Assembly: GCA_016196885.1 (NCBI GenBank)
Contig: JACPWU010000028.1
Coordinates: 1 to 32,000 of the forward strand
DNA from: Chlamydiota bacterium
GTDB taxonomy: Bacteria; Auribacterota; JACPWU01
DNA length: 32,000 nt
Direction: 5' to 3'
Below, piece by piece: positions 1 to 6,328 of this stretch. The translations under genes and the position numbers were made by a program. Each line of letters opens with the position of its first letter. Position 1 is the first letter of the stretch. Below the pieces are notes generated by a model. It was not told the origin of the DNA and made no database searches. It saw only the letters and a program-made list of their open reading frames with translations.

Positions 1-2789
1 TAAAACCAGGGCATGAGGCCGAGGGGATTAGACCCCGTTTGGGCTTGCGTAATTCCATTGATTTCTCCAGGGGCTTGTTTTAACATTTGAATGAGGGCAC
101 GAGACAACTGAATGAACTGACTCAAAGACTCGCGTAAAGAAGTACTCGGTGGAGCGCTGGTGAACATCGCTGTACTGCTGCTTACGGCGGGGGCGATCAG
201 CGATGCGTTTATGGCATTTAAGCTCTGGACCAAGGTAGCAGTGCTATCATTGGGAGCTGTGGTGCTTGTAGGGGGGGTGTTCGTATATCCCAACAAAGAT
301 TCACACAAGGAGGAAAGGTAAAATGGTAATTCTTGTTGGTTTGGCAATTTTTGCAGTGGTGATGGCCATTCTTGTGAATGTTGATGACTATCGGAAGGCC
401 CACCACCCCCACCATCGTTAGGAAGGGCACGCAATACTGCTTGCAAAGATTCAGCATTTTGCTGTGCGGCTTTTAAAAGTCCTGTAAGATCTTCTTGTTC
501 CCCTTCTATCCCCATTCTCTGAAAAAGTAAATTTCGAGCCTCTAGATCTGGAACCAATTGATGAAGGGCGGCTACGGCCAAGGCACGTGTGGCCGGAGTC
601 TCACTTGTTAAATTTCCTCGAAGACCCTCGAGTAATTGTTGACTTTCTTCATCCAACTGAAGTCCTTCAAGATTTTCTTGAATAAGTTGAGCAAAGGGTC
701 CGGCTTTTTCAGCCCATTGAACGAGTATTTGATTAACGGCAAAGGCAGCTGTTGTATTTCCTTCTTTATTCTTCTGGCTTACCTCAATCAAAGCTTTAAA
801 GACTTGAATAAATTCTGTGAGTCGAGCTTGTAAATGTTCCGGCGTAAGTTGTGCTTCTAAAGAAAGGGTTGGATCACCTAAGGCGTCTCCTGGTTCTTCT
901 CCGTCTCCTTTTAAAACACTGGAGAATTCTTTCATTTTTCTAAAATAAATATCGCGGTCTTCAATTTTTGAGGTGTGAGGGGCAATCACCCAATAACCGA
1001 TATTCGCAGCCTTCAGTTTTTCTTTGATGCCCTCTGTGTGAAAACCTCCCACAACCAATGCGACAGATTTGAGATTTTTATCCCGAATTATTTTTTGAAT
1101 TTTTTCTTGGAAAATCTCGTCGCGTTCTAAAACTCCCTTGTAGAATTTTTCTGCTGCACCAAAAACCTCAGAGAGATCGGGGGTTTCAAATGAGAGATTG
1201 TTTTGTTGAGTTAGTTTTTTGAGATGATGAATAAAATTATCAACAAATTGATTTTCTTGTATGTCTTTCCTCCCCCTTGCTTTTTTAAGGGGGAATGAGG
1301 GGGTTACTTGTTCTTCTCTCATAACTCCCCTAACCCCTCTTACCTTAAGATGGGAATAAAAGACCTTTCCAATATCTTCTCTCGTCCCTTCCATCGATAT
1401 AACTCGATTCAAAACAGCGTAACTCTTCTCAATTTTAAGCAATTTCTTGATTTCTTCTTCGTTTTCTTTTCCACTGTACGCTGTACGCTCCACGCTATCC
1501 GCTAGCTTTTGAATTTCTCCCTCCAACTTTTCCCAGGAAAGATTCTTCATCAACTCCATTTCTTCAAAGAGCAATTCTAAATTTTTATAGTGCCGTACAT
1601 CGTCTTGATTTTCCCTCCCCTTAAAATAAGGGGAGCCGGAGGGGTTATCGTTCTCTTTCATAACTCCCCCTTCCCCTAACTCCCCAAACCTCTTTAAGGA
1701 AGTAACTCCCCAGGCCCCTCTTACCTTAAGAGGGGGTATTGATAAAAGAGGGGGTATTATCTTAAGAGGGGAGAGCTTCTCTTCAGTTACTAATTTTAAA
1801 TACTGTTTTAAAAATAAATAATGCTCAACCTCGCTTCTCTTTCCCAACCGATATTCCAAAACCTCTCTCAAAAGTTTTTGTGCCTCTTCTTTGACAAGAG
1901 ATTTTTCTAAGACCTCTAAATAGACAAGATACTCTCCTTCAACAGCTGAAAGATCTATCTTTTCTTCAAGATCTTTAAGCTCGAGGTATCTGGTGATCTG
2001 AGGATAGCTTTGTTTTCCAATTTTGATTTCTGATTTGTCATTTTGATTTTTGATATTTGATATTTGATTTAAATACTCCCCCATCTTGATGTTGTGACTT
2101 TCATACTTTTCCTTAAATTCCATCAACTCACGAAGCTCTGAAGGGTAAATTCTTTCTCTGAGCTGATGAATCACTTCCTCCATTTTTATCCATTCAGACT
2201 CTTCGGATTCTTTGATTTCCAAAAGTTCGCCCATGCTTTTGACATTTTCAACATAGGGTTTAATTTCCTCGACTCCGATCCCCTCCACTTTTTGAGGACC
2301 TTCTTCTATCAAGAAGGCCTCCACGCCATTGATGTCATGATTCTCTAGAAATTTAAGGCTCGCCGCCTTTAAAACTTCTTTATCCGGAAAGCCCCAGAAA
2401 AATTGCATGTCCATAGGCCCACTGGCCGCTTCAGCTAAAACATGAAGTTTCTCGCCTTTTGCTTCTTGGCCCTTCATTAAATATTGAAGAATTTTCTGAA
2501 TGTTTTTTTGAGCCTCTGAATGACAATGAATATCCTCTATTACATATAGGAGGGGTTGCCCCTGAATTTCATTTTTTTCGATCACTTCCCCAATATCATG
2601 CGGGATTTCCACGCGATCCAAAGATTCTTGAAAGGGCTCTGTTCTGAGGGGCCACTCAGCCGATTCTGTCCTTACTCCTACAGCTGGAATGAGTTTTGCC
2701 TCTTGAGCCAAAGCTTCTCGAGGCGTCAGGTCATAAACCAGAAAAGTCAGAATCAAGAAACTACTCATGAGTTTTCGAAGAAGATTCAT
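1..2789 (-). CDS. Large secreted protein, 3' end cut by the window edge (about 929 codons seen). Possibly a TraB/GumN/ChaN/Tiki-like fold carrying a very large insert.
   Basis: Not in the supplied ORF track because it has no in-window stop. Hand translation of the minus strand from ATG (2789..2787) gives MNLLRKLMSSFLILTFLVYDLTPREALAQE..., which looks like a signal peptide. The frame stays open to position 1; I checked the frame triplet by triplet over 1-60 and 1201-1800. The N-terminal motif LYVIEDIHCHSEAQ and, about 500 aa later, ERDEIFQEKI...VALVVGGFHTEGI recall the GxxH / ERD / GxxH pattern of the TraB-GumN-Tiki superfamily (from memory, not searched). The C-terminal part is S/T/P/Q-rich with a GGGGG run. 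Confidence 0.7.
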   Translation of the reverse strand, partial: MNLLRKLMSSFLILTFLVYDLTPREALAQEAKLIPAVGVRTESAEWPLRTEPFQESLDRVEIPHDIGEVIEKNEIQGQPLLYVIEDIHCHSEAQKNIQKILQYLMKGQEAKGEKLHVLAEAASGPMDMQFFWGFPDKEVLKAASLKFLENHDINGVEAFLIEEGPQKVEGIGVEEIKPYVENVKSMGELLEIKESEESEWIKMEEVIHQLRERIYPSELRELMEFKEKYESHNIKMGEYLNQISNIKNQNDKSEIKIGKQSYPQITRYLELKDLEEKIDLSAVEGEYLVYLEVLEKSLVKEEAQKLLREVLEYRLGKRSEVEHYLFLKQYLKLVTEEKLSPLKIIPPLLSIPPLKVRGAWGVTSLKRFGELGEGGVMKENDNPSGSPYFKGRENQDDVRHYKNLELLFEEMELMKNLSWEKLEGEIQKLADSVERTAYSGKENEEEIKKLLKIEKSYAVLNRVISMEGTREDIGKVFYSHLKVRGVRGVMREEQVTPSFPLKKARGRKDIQENQFVDNFIHHLKKLTQQNNLSFETPDLSEVFGAAEKFYKGVLERDEIFQEKIQKIIRDKNLKSVALVVGGFHTEGIKEKLKAANIGYWVIAPHTSKIEDRDIYFRKMKEFSSVLKGDGEEPGDALGDPTLSLEAQLTPEHLQARLTEFIQVFKALIEVSQKNKEGNTTAAFAVNQILVQWAEKAGPFAQLIQENLEGLQLDEESQQLLEGLRGNLTSETPATRALAVAALHQLVPDLEARNLLFQRMGIEGEQEDLTGLLKAAQQNAESLQAVLRALPNDGGGGGPSDSHQHSQEWPSPLQKLPNQQELPFYLSSLCESLLGYTNTPPTSTTAPNDSTATLVQSLNAINASLIAPAVSSSTAMFTSAPPSTSLRESLSQFIQLSRALIQMLKQAPGEINGITQAQTGSNPLGLMPWF
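1269..1354. repeat. Palindromic G-run/C-run element, copy 1 (three hairpin modules), in frame inside the 1..2789 ORF
   Basis: Module a: TCCCCCTT (1271-1278) pairs with AAGGGGGA (1287-1294). Module b: GGGGGTTA (1299-1306) pairs with TAACTCCCC (1322-1330) with one bulge. Module c: CCCCTCTTA (1334-1342) pairs with TAAGATGGG (1346-1354), 8 of 9. Minus-strand translation is ...HLKVRGVRGVMREEQVTPSFPLKKARGRKD... with no stop. Confidence 0.75.
1615..1775. repeat. Palindromic G-run/C-run element, copy 2 (same modules, expanded), in frame inside the 1..2789 ORF
   Basis: Module a: CTCCCCTTA (1615-1623) pairs with TAAGGGGAG (1627-1635). Module b: GGGGTTAT pairs with ATAACTCCCC (about 1641-1670). Module c: CCCCTCTTA (1715-1723) pairs perfectly with TAAGAGGGG (1727-1735). 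Two further AAGAGGGG(GTATT) direct copies extend to 1775. Translation is ...PLKIIPPLLSIPPLKVRGAWGVTSLKRFGELGEGGVMKENDNPSGSPYFKGREN... with no stop. Module order and reading phase match copy 1. Confidence 0.75.
2021..2070. repeat. Heptad-word tract (TTTTGAT family) translated in frame within the 1..2789 ORF
   Basis: The sequence is ttttgat ttctgat ttgtcat tttgattt ttgata tttgata tttgatt. On the minus strand it encodes NQISNIKNQNDKSEIKI. Confidence 0.7.
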
Positions 2790-2941
2790 ATTTTATATTT
2801 TCATAACTCTCTTGATACAAAATAGATATGACAATTTTATAAATTCAAGAACACACCCGCGGATTCATAGGGTTAGGACACTTGAAGAGAAGAGAAAGTA
2901 AAGTTGGGGTGCACTTTTCTTCTTTTTAATGAAACAGCAAA

Positions 2942-2975
2942 AATAATAGACAAAACTATTATTTTTTCATACTAT
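2942..2975 (+). promoter_or_regulatory. Putative sigma70-type promoter with overlapping inverted repeat (candidate operator) for the RHH-PIN operon
   Basis: -35 TAGACA (2947-2952), 17-nt spacer, -10 TACTAT (2970-2975). The inverted repeat AATAATAG (2942-2949) / CTATTATT (2956-2963) overlaps the -35. Further CTATT words lie downstream. Confidence 0.45.
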
Positions 2976-2996
2976 TCCTATTGGAATCTAATAGTT

Positions 2997-3230
2997 ATGA
3001 AATCTATTACAACTAGCTTTTCCATACCTAAAATCTTAGAACAAGAGCTTAAAAAAGAAGCTCGAAAAGAACATCGAACCAAAAGTGGTTTGATTCAAGA
3101 AGCCATCCGTTTTTATTTAGAAAACAAGCGCTGGAAGAAATTACAACAGGACATTATCCTACGGGCAAGCCGTTTAGGTATTTCATCCCCTGACGACGTT
3201 GAGGATATGGTCGACGAAGAGCGCAAATGA
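2997..3230 (+). CDS. Ribbon-helix-helix (CopG-like) antitoxin
   Basis: Starting from ATG 2997 (the track start at 2904 is a TTG far upstream) gives MKSITTSFSIPKILEQELKKEARKEHRTKSGLIQEAIRFYLE. This is a beta-strand then helix-helix pattern typical of RHH antitoxins. The stop overlaps the PIN gene start as ATGA. Confidence 0.7.
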   Translation: MKSITTSFSIPKILEQELKKEARKEHRTKSGLIQEAIRFYLENKRWKKLQQDIILRASRLGISSPDDVEDMVDEERK

Positions 3231-3637
3231 GAGTGGTTTGTGATACGAACATCCTGATCTCGGCCTTCATCTTTCCAGGAGGGCCTCCCGATCAAGTAGT
3301 GACATTGTCTCGACTCAAAGAATTCACACTCTGCCTTTCCCCCGATATTTTGACAGAGTTTAAAAAAGTTCTGATTTCTAAATTCAAATACTCCCCCACA
3401 GATGCAAATTTACTTTTGGAAAGAGTTACTTCCTTTTGTGAAATGATTTATCCTCACGAAAAAATTGAAATCATAAAAAGAGTTGATGCAGACAATCGAA
3501 TCTTGGAATGTGCTTTAGAAGCAAAAGCTGATTTTCTGATATCTGGAGACAAGAGAGATATTCTTCCCTTGAGAAAAATTGAAAAAACTCTCATCATCAC
3601 TGCTTCAGAGTTTCTAGAATATTGGAGGACACATTGA
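3227..3637 (+). CDS. PIN-domain toxin (VapC-like)
   Basis: MRVVCDTNILISAF supplies the first acidic residue, with ...ILTEF... and ...FLISGDKRDIL following. Size is 136 aa, and there is a 4-nt ATGA overlap with the upstream antitoxin. Confidence 0.85.
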   Translation: MRVVCDTNILISAFIFPGGPPDQVVTLSRLKEFTLCLSPDILTEFKKVLISKFKYSPTDANLLLERVTSFCEMIYPHEKIEIIKRVDADNRILECALEAKADFLISGDKRDILPLRKIEKTLIITASEFLEYWRTH

Positions 3638-4563
3638 TTCAGGCTCCGACAAAAAACCTTAAAATCATTCTTGCTAAAAATCTCCAAAAAAACTACGGCT
3701 CACGCGAGGCGGTGCGCTCTATTTCGTTTGAAATTGAATCTCAAAAATGTTTTGGATTTTTGGGACCGAATGGTGCAGGGAAAAGCTCAACTTTGAAAAT
3801 GATTTATGGGGCCATTCCCTCAACATCCGGCACACTTTTGATCTTGGGAAAAGAAATGAAAAAAGAGCCTAGAGGCATCAAAGCCGTTCTGGGCGTGATC
3901 CCTCAAGAAGAAAATTTGGATCCGGAACTGAATGTTCTTGAGAATTTAATCGTTTTCTCACGTTATTTTAATATTCCTCGAAAAACAGCTTCTGAAAAAG
4001 CTTTAAATCTGCTTAATTTTTTCCATCTAAAAGACAGAGGAAATTCCAGGGTGGATGAACTTTCATCGGGTCTTAAGAAAAGGCTTCTGATTGCACGAGG
4101 TCTTATCAACGAACCCAAGATTCTCATTCTGGATGAACCCACCACGGGACTGGACCCCCAAAGCCGTCACATCATCTGGGAAAAACTCAGACAATTAAAA
4201 CATCAGGGACTCACCATTCTTCTGACCACCCACTATATGGAAGAGGCCAGCCAACTGTGTGATGACATTGTCATCATGGATCATGGCAAAATTTTAAGGA
4301 GAGGACACCCACTTCGATTAATTGAAGAAGAAGTCGGAAAAGAAATCATCGAGATTCGTTCGTCGTCGCCCATGATTGAAAAAGAAATTGCTTCGATGAA
4401 TTTGCGCTATGAGCATATCGGCGATGTTTTTTACATTTATTGCGAGAATGGACACGTGTTACTTCCCAAACTTTCTCAGATTGAACATGAGCGCGTGATT
4501 CATCGTCCAGCCACATTGGAGGATTTATTTTTGAAATTAACAGGACGGGAGTTGTCAGAGTAA
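3622..4563 (+). CDS. ABC transporter ATP-binding protein, ABC-2 exporter type (DrrA/NodI-like)
   Basis: Walker A GPNGAGKSST, signature LSSGLKKRL, Walker [14 protein letters not shown]-loop LLTTHYMEE. The start is uncertain. An in-frame TTG at 3634 lies 5 nt after GGAGG (3624-3628) and may be the real start. Confidence 0.93.
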   Translation: MEDTLIQAPTKNLKIILAKNLQKNYGSREAVRSISFEIESQKCFGFLGPNGAGKSSTLKMIYGAIPSTSGTLLILGKEMKKEPRGIKAVLGVIPQEENLDPELNVLENLIVFSRYFNIPRKTASEKALNLLNFFHLKDRGNSRVDELSSGLKKRLLIARGLINEPKILILDEPTTGLDPQSRHIIWEKLRQLKHQGLTILLTTHYMEEASQLCDDIVIMDHGKILRRGHPLRLIEEEVGKEIIEIRSSSPMIEKEIASMNLRYEHIGDVFYIYCENGHVLLPKLSQIEHERVIHRPATLEDLFLKLTGRELSE

Positions 4564-4568
4564 AAGAA

Positions 4569-4642
4569 CGTACTTCGTGCAGCGAACATCGTACATCGTT
4601 ATTTTGTTGTTGCGATGTTCGAAGTACGACGCACGATGTACA
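4569..4642. repeat. Heptad-word hairpin (CG-phased family) between the ABC ATPase and permease genes
   Basis: Left arm: cgtactt cgtgcag cgaacat cgtacat cg (4569-4598). Right arm: cgatgtt cgaagta cgacgca cgatgta ca (4613-4642). 24 of 30 positions are complementary, with a 14-nt loop. Confidence 0.8.
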
Positions 4643-4677
4643 GGATTTTCATTCGCTTGAATGGACAAAAATTGATA

Positions 4678-5454
4678 ATGACAATGATAAAAACATTAAC
4701 CCTTCGATTTGCTCTCAAAGTCTGGCAAAGAAATTTTGATGTCTGGAGAAAGTCTCTGGGTGTAAGCCTTATTGGAAGCTTGGGGGAACCTGTCCTTTAT
4801 TTACTCGGCATGGGATTTGGGCTGGGCTCTTATTTAGGAACCATGGATGGAACACCTTATCTTCAATATATTGCGCCGGGTCTTATTCTCTCCTCCGGAA
4901 TGTATGCAGCGACTTATGAATGTACGTATGGAGCATTCTTACGCATGATTCATCTCAAGACTTATGATGCCATCAGCTCAACTCCGGTGAGCCTTGAAGA
5001 AGTGATTGCAGGAGATATTTTTTGGGGAATGACCAAATGCCTCATCAGCGGCTCTATTATGTTTCTGGCCTGTCTTACATTTGGCCTCATTCATTCGGGG
5101 TGGGCTGTGGGACTTTTTCCATTGTTACTCATCGGAGGATTTCTTTTCTCGAGCTTGGCCATGTGGATCACATCCAAGGCCAAAACATTTGAATGGTTCA
5201 ACTATTATCTCGAACTTTTCATCACGCCCATGTTCTTTTTTTCAGGGATCTTTTTTCCTTTAGATCATTTTCCAAAAACCGTCCAGACCTTCGCCCGCGT
5301 TTTTCCTCTCACCCACTTGGTTCGCTCTGCCAGAGACCTCATTCAGGGAAAAATTCATCCCGGAATTTTGTTCACTTTCTTTTTCATCTTATCGATCAGT
5401 CTTGCCCTTTTCTTCATCGCCATTCGAGGTGTGGCGAAGAGATTGATCAAGTAA
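4678..5454 (+). CDS. ABC-2 type transporter permease (DrrB/NodJ-like)
   Basis: Multi-pass hydrophobic protein directly downstream of the ATPase. I moved the start from the track's 4615 (inside the hairpin) to ATG 4678 (MTMIKTLTLRF...). ATG 4684 is also possible. Confidence 0.85.
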   Translation: MTMIKTLTLRFALKVWQRNFDVWRKSLGVSLIGSLGEPVLYLLGMGFGLGSYLGTMDGTPYLQYIAPGLILSSGMYAATYECTYGAFLRMIHLKTYDAISSTPVSLEEVIAGDIFWGMTKCLISGSIMFLACLTFGLIHSGWAVGLFPLLLIGGFLFSSLAMWITSKAKTFEWFNYYLELFITPMFFFSGIFFPLDHFPKTVQTFARVFPLTHLVRSARDLIQGKIHPGILFTFFFILSISLALFFIAIRGVAKRLIK

Positions 5455-5459
5455 AAATC

Positions 5460-5657
5460 TTATTTTCCTCTTTCCCCTCTCGCTTTTTCCCAAAGTGAAA
5501 GTTTGGCCTTGGACATCGTTTGGAGAAGAAAATCATTTACTTCTTCTAACCAAGTCAGGCGATTTTGCGGTGTTGTATTCAAGAAAGAAAGCAATTGATC
5601 ATGCCCCACATCTAGTGAAAAATGATCTCTTACAAAACTACCGTTTCTTTTTTTCAC
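5460..5657 (-). CDS. Small hypothetical protein (65 aa)
   Basis: GTG start, 6 nt after AGGAGG. No recognisable motif. It sits immediately downstream of the nucleotidyltransferase remnant, so it may be the partner of a decayed two-gene cassette. Confidence 0.3.
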   Translation of the reverse strand: MKKRNGSFVRDHFSLDVGHDQLLSFLNTTPQNRLTWLEEVNDFLLQTMSKAKLSLWEKARGERGK

Positions 5658-5870
5658 TCCTTACCTCCTGACGCTTTTCCAGTTTCTTAAGTTCTTTCAA
5701 AGCTTTGATGTCCGAAAGATCCTGAGGCCTCCCGGAAATTTTCTTCAACTGTTCCAATCAAGATCCGCCGTCAGACGAACCACCCCATGCAAAACAACGG
5801 CGACTCCACCCACAACAACATACTTTACTTTATGTTTTTGAAACCCTCGGAACACATCCTCGTAATACAC
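5638..5870 (-). pseudogene. Remnant of a nucleotidyltransferase-fold gene (internal deletion and frame change)
   Basis: After RBS GGAGGAG, a GTG at 5870 opens MYYEDVFRGFQKHKVKYVVVGGVAVVLHGVVRLTADLDWNS*, with the stop at 5745. This matches the N-terminal GG..A..hG..R.T.DlD pattern of small nucleotidyltransferases. A different frame then reads LEQLKKISGRPQDLSDIKALKELKKLEKRQE..., a typical C-terminal GRPxDxxDI tail. The roughly 100-aa middle part is missing. Confidence 0.45.
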
Positions 5871-5926
5871 GATCTCCTCCTATCCCCGGCAAAACAATTC
5901 CAGAAAATGGACTATTCTCAGAGATC

Positions 5927-6328
5927 TTACCTCGTAAAATACCGATCGCTGGGAGCACCTCGTACTTCACCCTTAATTTCTGTGGGCTGAGAATTTTGAC
6001 TGATGTCTTTCATGGCTTTCACGGATTCTTCATGCCATTTTTGAAAATCGTTTAATTCCTTTTCAAACTTTTCCTGAGTCTCCTGCAATTTTTGCAAACC
6101 CTCTTCATATTTTTTTGAAACATCTTCCAATTGATGCATCACATCCTCTTCATGCCTTCTCATTTCATCAATCTGTTGAATCAGCCCTCTATAGTCCAAA
6201 ACCACATCATCGGGATGGCGCATCATTTCAGGAGGCCTTCTCTCTCTCTGGTTATTTTCAGAATCCTGAGCCATGCCAAAACCTATCCCCAGAACAAGAC
6301 ACATCAAGCACGATAAAAATTTCTTCAT
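5927..6328 (-). CDS. Small secreted coiled-coil protein, hypothetical
   Basis: The N-terminus [22 protein letters not shown] looks like a signal peptide. The rest is charged and heptad-like (EEDVMHQLEDVSKKYEEGLQKLQETQEKFEKEL). Its ATG (6328-6326) overlaps the uvrA-fusion stop TGA (6327-6325) as ATGA. Confidence 0.6.
   Translation of the reverse strand: MKKFLSCLMCLVLGIGFGMAQDSENNQRERRPPEMMRHPDDVVLDYRGLIQQIDEMRRHEEDVMHQLEDVSKKYEEGLQKLQETQEKFEKELNDFQKWHEESVKAMKDISQNSQPTEIKGEVRGAPSDRYFTR

Noticed and set aside
218-457. 79-aa minus-strand ORF from the track
   Set aside because: It lies out of frame inside the continuous 929-codon minus-strand ORF (1..2789). Its composition is His/Cys/Asn-rich nonsense with no RBS.
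636-2825. Six short plus-strand ORFs (60-89 aa) listed in the track across 636-2825
   Set aside because: All are antisense to the long open minus-strand frame. They have phenylalanine/leucine-rich antisense-type composition and no RBS or family motif.
4615-4677. Track start of the ABC-2 permease at 4615 (MFEVRRTMYRIF...)
   Set aside because: These codons are read from the right arm of the heptad hairpin. ATG 4678 gives a typical short cytoplasmic N-terminus before the first TM helix.
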